Under the pieces are notes generated by a model, which was given only the letters and a program-made list of their open reading frames with translations, was not told where the DNA came from and did not search any database. A stretch of DNA of 64,000 nt from Puniceicoccales bacterium. GTDB lineage: Bacteria > Verrucomicrobiota > Verrucomicrobiia > Opitutales > JAIRLM01. Shown here one piece after another: positions 57,341-64,000 of the stretch (positions are counted from its first letter, which is position 1; every line of letters begins with the position of its first letter). The stretch lies in the NCBI GenBank assembly GCA_031275345.1, contig JAISOW010000005.1:413-64412 (forward strand), in the 5' to 3' direction. The position numbers and the translations under genes were made by a program.

Positions 57341-57413
57341 AATGATCGAGTTTGTTTCGGAGCGATTTGCATTTTGTATTTGACTTTTTTCCGGTGCGCC
57401 GCATTTTTGTCCA

Positions 57414-58715
57414 ATGCAATCGGTATCTTCCCCTGGGGAAATTAAAAAAATACTCCCACCCCTCGAGGTGAGCTGCAGAATTCGCCTGCTGGAAATTGTG
57501 CGGACGTTTGTCCTGCGCGTTGGCCATGTCTCCGTTACGTTCGCCCAATTTTTTTGGCGGCTGATCACATGCCCGTGCAGCAGGCAGTTCGATGAAATTT
57601 TTACGCCTTTCCGGGCATTTGCCTTGCGTTGGCACATGTTTGGTACGCGATCCAGCATTCAGAATCGCTTTTACAAAGCACTTCTAGACGTCGTCAACGA
57701 GCAGCCCGACAGCAGTAGTGATGTATTGAAAAATCTAGCCAATGCAATTGGCTGCATGCTTGAGCGGAATAGGGAAGATGAAATGTTATACTGCATTGCA
57801 GCACTGCTGAGCGCCTTGCCGAAGTGTGAAAGCGACACCGAAGCAGTCAATCTTTTGTGTGATTCCGTGAATAAGTTGCTGTGGCGAATTCACTTATCAA
57901 ACCATGATGATGTCTGCGACAGTATTCTCAGCTACGTTAGGAAACATGTGAGCGACGCGGCTACCTATCGGTTGTTAGAAAAAGTGAAGAATGGAATGGT
58001 CAGACCGAGGTCTTTTATTGAAAAAAATAAATATCCCATGACTCTACCATCGACCATTGTAGCCTGCGAGGGTACCCCAGAATTGCAGGTTATCCTGGCC
58101 GAGATTATGCAGAAATGTAGCTTTGGTTTAAAGAGTCGAGAGGCCTTTAGTGAAGTACTATCCATCCTGCCGATTGCCTGCAATGACAAATCGGTAACCG
58201 ATATCCTGGGCAATGTCGCAGGCAATCTGATGAATATGGCTATGAACGGGACGGAATTTGTGGAAAGTTTCGACGACATCCTGCGTAGCATAGAATACGA
58301 ATCGAACAACGAAACTGGTTTCCTGTCTCTGGGCGACAAAATGAGGATCGTTGTAGGCGGCAGATCGAACAGCGAAGCTATTGTCCGGTCTCTGATCATT
58401 GCTCTGAAGACTGCCGTTATACAAATTCCGCATCGGCTGTCTACTTGTGCAATTTATTATGGAAAATATAAAAGTGATTTATCACTGAAAGTGGATCTAG
58501 AATCCCTCAAAAAAAGGGTGCAGGAGTGCATTAAACGTTGTTCAAATAATGCCGAACTAACTTTGGCCCTGGAGAATGTTGTAAAAAAGATTGAAGAATA
58601 TTGTCATCTCGAGCCAGAGATAGCTGAAAATCCAGCCTGTATCTATGATCCATTTTCCAAACGCTATAATTCCATCTTCCATTTTTCCGATTACCAGATT
58701 GTTGACGACGTTTAA
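57414..58715 (+). CDS. Hypothetical helical protein (ORFan, AT-rich)
   Basis: 433-aa ORF. The real start may be the Met at 57636 (MFGTRSS...), because the first ~220 nt are compositionally different. No motif recognised. Confidence 0.45.
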   Translation: MQSVSSPGEIKKILPPLEVSCRIRLLEIVRTFVLRVGHVSVTFAQFFWRLITCPCSRQFDEIFTPFRAFALRWHMFGTRSSIQNRFYKALLDVVNEQPDSSSDVLKNLANAIGCMLERNREDEMLYCIAALLSALPKCESDTEAVNLLCDSVNKLLWRIHLSNHDDVCDSILSYVRKHVSDAATYRLLEKVKNGMVRPRSFIEKNKYPMTLPSTIVACEGTPELQVILAEIMQKCSFGLKSREAFSEVLSILPIACNDKSVTDILGNVAGNLMNMAMNGTEFVESFDDILRSIEYESNNETGFLSLGDKMRIVVGGRSNSEAIVRSLIIALKTAVIQIPHRLSTCAIYYGKYKSDLSLKVDLESLKKRVQECIKRCSNNAELTLALENVVKKIEEYCHLEPEIAENPACIYDPFSKRYNSIFHFSDYQIVDDV

Positions 58716-58748
58716 GTTATTAATCGAAATCAGTGCCAGGTTTGAAGT

Positions 58749-59280
58749 TTACGATCGGGAATGTGCCGAGTAACATCCGTGTGCTGCCCCCATGCGGAAA
58801 TTCTGACCCGCAAAGATGAGGGCAACATTCCCCGTGCGGCCAGAAACCTCGATGGCCTTTACAGGGCGATCGGTGTCAGGGGAACCTTCATATTTTGAAT
58901 CAGATTTTTCCGGCGTAAATGTGATCATTGTCTTTACCCGTGACGAAGGTCGTTTCATTTTGCGCCGAAAATGTAATCCATCCAGAGCCCTGTACATTTA
59001 CAGCAAATGTAGACTTGTAACCAACAGCATTATAGCAATGAATTGCCTTCGTAAAGTAATCGCCAGGAGCGGAGATATCATACTCGCCGGCAGACTCTTT
59101 GCTCCGCAATGTCCAAGTCCGTAAAAAAGATGCGGACGCCGTCGCTCTCGGCCGTTCCTGAGTTGGAAATGGTGGTCCTTCCACAGGCAGCCGAAACCCA
59201 ATAGGCTGTGACTGGCAGCAGCGCTAGCAATGCAAATAGGAAAAGATCCGCTAGCCCGGAGGAAATGACTGCCTGTTCAT
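58749..59280 (-). pseudogene. Signal-peptide/lipoprotein-like gene broken across three reading frames
   Basis: The ATG at 59278-59280, 3 nt after the tpiA stop, reads MNRQSFPPG then a stop. A shifted frame gives LADLFLFALLALLPVTAYWVSAAC.... Two further frames carry ...SAGEYDISAPGDYF...TGKDNDHI and ...TFTPEKSDSKYEG.... The frame shifts lie near homopolymer runs. Confidence 0.3.
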
Positions 59281-59283
59281 TCG

Positions 59284-60048
59284 CTAGGCACAGCTGCGGG
59301 CATGGGCCACTATGGAGGAAAATTCATTGGCATCGAGGGATGCACCCCCCACCAATCCGCCGTCGATGTCGGGCTGTTGGAACAAATCCATGGCATTGGC
59401 TGCCTTGACGGACCCGCCGTACAAAATGCGAATGTGCCGGGCAACTGCATCGCCAAAAAGCCGTTGCAGCAAGCTGCGAATGTGGCCATGCATCTCCTGG
59501 GCCAGGGCAGGCGTCGCCGTTTTTCCCGTACCGATTGCCCAGACCGGCTCATAGGCCACCACCAACCGCCTTGCCTGGTCCGTCGCAATGTTTTCCAACG
59601 CCGTAATTAGCTGTTGCTCCACCACCCAAAACTGCCGACCATCGTCCCGCTCCTTAGCCGATTCTCCCACGCATAGAATTGGCACAAGACCATTGGCTAG
59701 GGCAGCCTGCACCTTCAATGCAATCAAGGGGAGAGTTTCTCCAAAAATGCTGCGCCGCTCGCTATGGCCCAAAATCACGTGGGTGGCGTAGAGATCTCGC
59801 AGCATGGCGGGCGAGACTTCGCCGGTAAATGCACCGTCCCGTTCCCAGAACATGTTCTGTGCCCCCAGCTGGATGGAAGATTTTTCCAAAAATGGTGCCG
59901 CAATGGCCAGGGATGGGAATGGGGGGCAAACAACAACGGAAACGTGTTGCATGGGAGGAATTTGTTCCAATAATTGGCGCAGAAATGGCCCTGTTTCCGA
60001 CGGCAATCGGTTCATTTTCCAATTCGCCACGACCAACAGCCTGCCCAT
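59284..60048 (-). CDS. tpiA: Triose-phosphate isomerase
   Basis: It has VVANWKMN, GHSERR and AYEPVWAIGTG motifs. Confidence 0.9.
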   Translation of the reverse strand: MGRLLVVANWKMNRLPSETGPFLRQLLEQIPPMQHVSVVVCPPFPSLAIAAPFLEKSSIQLGAQNMFWERDGAFTGEVSPAMLRDLYATHVILGHSERRSIFGETLPLIALKVQAALANGLVPILCVGESAKERDDGRQFWVVEQQLITALENIATDQARRLVVAYEPVWAIGTGKTATPALAQEMHGHIRSLLQRLFGDAVARHIRILYGGSVKAANAMDLFQQPDIDGGLVGGASLDANEFSSIVAHARSCA

Positions 60049-60101
60049 GGCGGCGAATGTGGCTAAAAATTTTTCCGTTGCAATGGGAAACCCAGCAAAA
60101 T

Positions 60102-61310
60102 TCAGCGAAAAAACGGATAGATGCGGAGCAGCGGCCGTCCTAGGACGGCCGGCAGAGGAATGGGGCCAAAAAAGCGGCTATCGTAGCTGTTGATAGAATT
60201 GTCGCCGAGAACGAATGCGTGGTCCGGCGGGACGGTGGCAACGGTCTCCAGCAATCCCATGGGAATGTAGCCCAAAAACGGCGAAATATGGCCGTTGTTT
60301 GCGGCCATGGGAGTTGAAAAGTTGGCCGGTTCTCCGTTGGCCCACAGCTGGCCATCGGCAATGGCCAACCGATCCCCTCCCAGCCCCACCAGCCGCTTGA
60401 TGTAGTAGCGATCGTCGGGGTAAAGCCGCGGCACGGCGCGGGTGGCAAATACCACCGCCTCGCCCCGACGTGGTGGACGGTAGTGGGCCGTGATCCTGTC
60501 GACGAGTAGCACATCGCCGTGGATGAGCAGGAAGCGTAGCAGCGGTTCGCCAGCTTTCGCCGTTTCACCGGTTCGCAGCACGGCCTGCCCAGCTTCTCGA
60601 CCGGATGGATGGTTTTGCAGAATTTGGCTAAGGCGGACAGCCGGAGAATTTGGGAAAAAACGACGCACCAGCAGGCTTTCCACGTCGAAATCTTCCGGCA
60701 CGGTGATGGCAATGGAAGTTGAACCTACCAGCAGCTGGTAGCGGCGCATGCGCACGGGCCAAATGCCACAGCGGCGTAAAATAACAGGGTCATAGGACAG
60801 CAACGAACCCTGGCGCCTAGCCCTTGCTCCACCGTTGAGAGGGATGGAAATTTCTCCGGAATTTGGGCTAACAATGGAATAAAATTTTCCACCGCGCAGC
60901 AGCTTTACCGCCAGACTGGGCCACCGTGGTGCCGTCCAAATCTCAGCCCCCATGCCCCTGTGGGTTGGCCACATGGAGTTGGTTGGTATGGAGAATGGTT
61001 GGACAAAAAATGTGCGGATGGCAAGTGCGGCGATGGCGGCCACAAGCAGTGCTTCTCCATTTCCCGCAAAAAAGCGCTGGGGCCATAGGGGTCCGCCGTA
61101 GGTTGCCAATAGCTCCCTCACCCGCTCCGAGGCAACCACACCCTCCGAAACCGACGGCATGGGGTGGTGCAAAATTTTTTGCATTTCTTCGCAGACCACC
61201 GTCGGCAATAGGTCCCTACGCCATCGATACACCTGCCGCAGAGACCGCAGCAAAAGACGGCCCGCCCGCCGCTCTCGCCAGGTACACCAGCGGGCCATCC
61301 AGATTCCCAT
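60102..61310 (-). CDS. lepB: Signal peptidase I
   Basis: It has IPTNSMWPT (catalytic Ser), a K-containing box, and GDNSINSYDSRFFGPIP. At 402 aa it has a large insert. The start is uncertain. Confidence 0.8.
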   Translation of the reverse strand: MGIWMARWCTWRERRAGRLLLRSLRQVYRWRRDLLPTVVCEEMQKILHHPMPSVSEGVVASERVRELLATYGGPLWPQRFFAGNGEALLVAAIAALAIRTFFVQPFSIPTNSMWPTHRGMGAEIWTAPRWPSLAVKLLRGGKFYSIVSPNSGEISIPLNGGARARRQGSLLSYDPVILRRCGIWPVRMRRYQLLVGSTSIAITVPEDFDVESLLVRRFFPNSPAVRLSQILQNHPSGREAGQAVLRTGETAKAGEPLLRFLLIHGDVLLVDRITAHYRPPRRGEAVVFATRAVPRLYPDDRYYIKRLVGLGGDRLAIADGQLWANGEPANFSTPMAANNGHISPFLGYIPMGLLETVATVPPDHAFVLGDNSINSYDSRFFGPIPLPAVLGRPLLRIYPFFR

Positions 61311-61750
61311 GCGTGCTTAGACTGGTCAAAAATGATTGCGCCACAAGGAGAAAAATTTTTATCATCTTCCGAACCCTGCTGTTCGCATTGAGCAAGCAAA
61401 ATTTTTTAGGAAAAGGCAAAGTCACTGGAACACAAGAATTTGCGCAACACCAATTCAGCTGAAGTTGCAGAACACCATCCCATTTGCCTTGGACCAAGAT
61501 TCACGCGAACCATCGCGATGCCAATGGCCGCCAAAGCTGCCTTTCACGGTTGAAAGCGGACAAAAATTTTGGCGATTTTGCGTTTTAATATCCAATGGCA
61601 GAACAAACTCTGCATCCGTCGCTACGCCTATGATGAACACGAACCCATCGGCGGTTGAACTTCATGCAAATCGCAAAAATCCTTTCACAAATTTTAGCTC
61701 CCATCGGCATCGGGACGGATTTTGGCCCATTCCTGCTAGTCGGGCTCCTG

Positions 61751-62113
61751 TCAACTGTTGTGCTGTCTGCCGTGCTGTCTGCCGAGCAGTGCCTGCACAT
61801 TGTTCCCCTGCCAATTGGCGAGCGGTGCCTGAACATTGTTCCCCTGCCGATTGGCGAACTCTGCCTGCCAACCGGCGAACTCTGCCTGCGCCTCGGGCGG
61901 AGGGGTTACGATGGATCGACTAGAGTCGGCAGAATTATACCTCACCGCAGCCCAGATGGGGTTTGTGGGATCGGGGTTTCTATCCGACACCGCCCGCAAA
62001 ATTTTATCTTCCCGCTTTTTCATCGAAGGAACCGTGTATTGGGACATGAACGGCTGCTGATGTGCGGGTGTACTTGGTTCGGAGTGCCTAATAAATTTCT
62101 GACCACAATCCAT
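61751..62113 (-). CDS. Small hypothetical protein with C-terminal tandem repeats
   Basis: 120-aa ORF ending ...QAEFAGWQAEFANRQGNNVQAPLANWQGNNVQALLGRQHGRQH. A plus-strand ORF (61655-62137) is also open across the repeats, so the coding strand is unresolved. Confidence 0.3.
   Translation of the reverse strand: MDCGQKFIRHSEPSTPAHQQPFMSQYTVPSMKKREDKILRAVSDRNPDPTNPIWAAVRYNSADSSRSIVTPPPEAQAEFAGWQAEFANRQGNNVQAPLANWQGNNVQALLGRQHGRQHNS
61760..61889. repeat. Nest of short tandem repeats (12-nt x2, 36-nt x2, 21-nt-period x2)
   Basis: The repeats are gtgctgtctgcc x2 (61760-61783), a 36-mer gtgcctg[c/a]acattgttcccctgcc[a/g]attggcga.. x2 (61789-61860), and ggcgaactctgcctgc x2 (61853-61868 and 61874-61889). 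All periods are multiples of 3. Confidence 0.85.
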
Positions 62114-62365
62114 GGGAAGCTTCAGCGAAAAATTTGACCGCGAGTCAAGTAAAAAAAAAGAAAATTTTGTGCACCATCCGCCTAGAAAGAAGAACTTCTG
62201 GCCATATTTTTCATTTTTATGGAAAGCTGATCGTCTGCCATCGTCGGGAATGGCCAGGGAAGCGGTCAGCCAGAAGAGGCTGAAATTTTTAGCGCAGGAG
62301 TAAATTTTTCGCCGACGCCATCGGCCAAATTTGGGACTCTCCCCGCAAGGGAAAAATTGTTTTTG

Positions 62366-63076
62366 TTACAAACGACGCCGTTCGCCAATGGAAAAGATTT
62401 TTCCGTCTGCCACAATCCAGTGATCCAACAGGCTCACCTCAATGAGCCGCAGACAATGGCCGAGGGCACGGGTCATGCGCTCGTCGTGCTCCGATGGCAA
62501 TTCGCTGCCATTGGGATGGTTGTGGCAGAGAACAATGGCAAAGCAATTGCGCTGCATCACGCGTTCAATGATTTGTTTGGGCAGCGGAACGACGTGCGTC
62601 GCCGTACCGGTGGCAATGCGTTCCACTCCTTCGGGTAGCAGGGAAAGATTACCGTCCAGATAGGCAATTTCCAGACATTCCATGCGCTCGCCGGCAAGTC
62701 GTGTCAGCCAAAGTTCCTGCAGTGCCGGCCGCCAATTGTCGCCCGTGTATTTTTCGAAAAAAATTTTTTGTTCCGCATAGAGTTTTGCAATTTTTCTCAC
62801 CAGACAAAAAAAAGCCGCAGCGCCGCGGTCCATGCCATCAATCTCCTGCAGTTCCTGGAATGGCGCATCCAGCATGGCCCGCAGGGATGCGAAGCGGGCC
62901 AGCAACGCATTGGCCATTTTTTTTGGCTCGCGTCGCGGGACGGTGGAAAATGTGAGCAAAAGTTCTACAATTTCATGTGGTGTAAACTCTTCCATGCCAG
63001 AGCGTTTTATTCGATTGCGCAGCCGCTCTCGGTAGGCGTTGGCCGGCGTGGGGCCATCGCACGTTTTCCGTCCCAT
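62366..63076 (-). CDS. radC: RadC-family JAB/MPN domain protein
   Basis: It has the HNHPNGSELPSEHD metalloprotease-like motif and an N-terminal HhH-like region. The start is placed at the ATG at 63074-63076, 16 nt after the sctL stop. Confidence 0.8.
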   Translation of the reverse strand: MGRKTCDGPTPANAYRERLRNRIKRSGMEEFTPHEIVELLLTFSTVPRREPKKMANALLARFASLRAMLDAPFQELQEIDGMDRGAAAFFCLVRKIAKLYAEQKIFFEKYTGDNWRPALQELWLTRLAGERMECLEIAYLDGNLSLLPEGVERIATGTATHVVPLPKQIIERVMQRNCFAIVLCHNHPNGSELPSEHDERMTRALGHCLRLIEVSLLDHWIVADGKIFSIGERRRL

Positions 63077-63092
63077 GGCAGTGGGGCATGGC

Positions 63093-63779
63093 CTAGGACG
63101 CCGCCAAGGTTCTTTCCAAAACTTTGCGGATTGCCTCCAGTTGTACGTCCAGGCTGGCGTCCACAATGCCGACCTCCGTTTCGATCAGACAGGTGTTTTT
63201 TTCCAATCGACCATCGGCCACCACCTCCACCATGGTTTGTAGATGTCCTCCTCCCTTGGAAAGTTCGGCAATGCTGGCCCTGGCTGCCGGAGCCTGGTCC
63301 GGGCAAACCTTGAGCACGGCCTGGCGCTGGTTGCGAATCACCTGCAAGGAGTTGGCCACGATGCGATGGACCAATTCTGTGTCGGAAAATTCTCCAATAA
63401 TCCGGCGCAGCGCACGCATCACCATGTTGAGAACCACATCGGCATAGGCGGAAAAATTCTGCACATTTCTGGCGCACATTTCCATCATCTGCTCGGCCAT
63501 TTCCTGCTTACCTTCTGCCAGGCCAACCTCATAGCCTTCCTGCCGCTTGGCATCGAATGCAGCCTGGGTGGAATCCGTAAGCTTCTTGGCTCTGGCGGCG
63601 GCCTCTGCTTCCAGATTGGCTGCCTCTTTTTTTGCATTGCCAATCACATTGCTGGCAATGGTTTCGGCATCCCGAATAATTTCTGCCGCACTGCGCAGGG
63701 CCAAAAACTCATCGCTCCGCAGGACACGCTTCCCAGGTACGACCTCCCACGTCCTTGTTCTGTCAAGTACCCACACCAT
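63093..63779 (-). CDS. sctL: Type III secretion stator protein SctL (YscL/CdsL/FliH family)
   Basis: 228 aa. It has an N-terminal ...KRVLRSDEFLALRSAAEII and a coiled-coil. The C-terminal NTCLIETEVGIVDASLDVQLEAIRKVLE closely parallels the YscL/CdsL C-terminus (GGCIIETEAGIINAQLDVQL, from memory). Confidence 0.6.
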   Translation of the reverse strand: MVWVLDRTRTWEVVPGKRVLRSDEFLALRSAAEIIRDAETIASNVIGNAKKEAANLEAEAAARAKKLTDSTQAAFDAKRQEGYEVGLAEGKQEMAEQMMEMCARNVQNFSAYADVVLNMVMRALRRIIGEFSDTELVHRIVANSLQVIRNQRQAVLKVCPDQAPAARASIAELSKGGGHLQTMVEVVADGRLEKNTCLIETEVGIVDASLDVQLEAIRKVLERTLAAS

Positions 63780-64000
63780 GATGTTGCACCCCCTTCTTCG
63801 CCGCAACGATGTGCCGCCGCAGCCGCACCAAAAATTGCCAAAGCACATCCGCCTCCTGTTTTCCTGTGCCACGGACAACCGGCCACCGTTCATCCACAGG
63901 AAATTTGAGGGGAAATCGTTCCCGTAGGGCAGGTGGCAGGTCAAATAGACAGGCCGCAACGCAGCGCCGTCCCGCCGTAACCGTTCTTTCGGCCAACGAT
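63763..64000 (-). CDS. Partial ORF upstream of sctL (runs to the window edge)
   Basis: The open frame overlaps the sctL start by 17 nt. It is in the position expected for another T3SS component, but no motif is recognisable in the ~77 aa visible. Confidence 0.2.
   Translation of the reverse strand, partial: SLAERTVTAGRRCVAACLFDLPPALRERFPLKFPVDERWPVVRGTGKQEADVLWQFLVRLRRHIVAAKKGVQHHGVGT

Noticed and set aside
61760-61889. A CRISPR array.
   Set aside because: The repeats are directly adjacent tandem duplications of 12, 36 and 21 nt with no unique spacers. Each has only two copies. No cas genes are nearby.

Overview
This is a 64-kb chromosomal window from a GC-rich, apparently host-associated bacterium. 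It looks like a member of the PVC superphylum with a Chlamydiota-like lifestyle. Supporting features are a type III secretion SctL gene, a prepilin-type pseudopilin, a GspE-like ATPase, a DhnA-type class I aldolase, and a dcw block that ends at ftsQ with no ftsA/ftsZ.

Recognisable housekeeping genes:
- mnmA, uppS
- rpsT-murG-murC/murB(fusion)-ddl-ftsQ
- an rpiB-glyA fusion
- cysS, a 3'-5' exonuclease, def, dnaA, plsY, dapF
- clpP, fabV, rsmE, glgB, fbaB
- a CPA2/Kef antiporter, gap, atpB, nadK, tpiA, lepB, radC

Between these blocks lie visibly AT-richer genes with no recognisable family (ORFans). Many have an N-proximal hydrophobic hairpin like that of chlamydial inclusion-membrane (Inc) proteins. 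Several carry eukaryote-like catalytic motifs:
- an HCKAGVGRS phosphatase P-loop
- an OTU-like GNC...GHW pair
- a protein-kinase-like DxHPGN...DAG core
- a GHSMG hydrolase motif

The most system-like unexplained locus is a translationally coupled triad at 22132-24729: a PF14907-like nucleotidyltransferase, an HPr-kinase-like P-loop protein and a PqqD/RRE-like protein. No RiPP (ribosomally synthesised, post-translationally modified peptide) maturase, exporter or precursor is visible nearby.

The window also shows gene decay. This includes yidC and trpB remnants, a frameshifted lipoprotein-like gene, a frameshifted tandem paralog, and a truncated mobile-element replication gene abutting a tRNA 3'-end fragment. 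There is also a nest of in-frame tandem repeats, a recurring quasi-palindromic intergenic element upstream of putative effector genes, and an unusual A-tract/T-tract codon signature.

All calls come from reading the sequence and ORF translations by eye. No database search was run.
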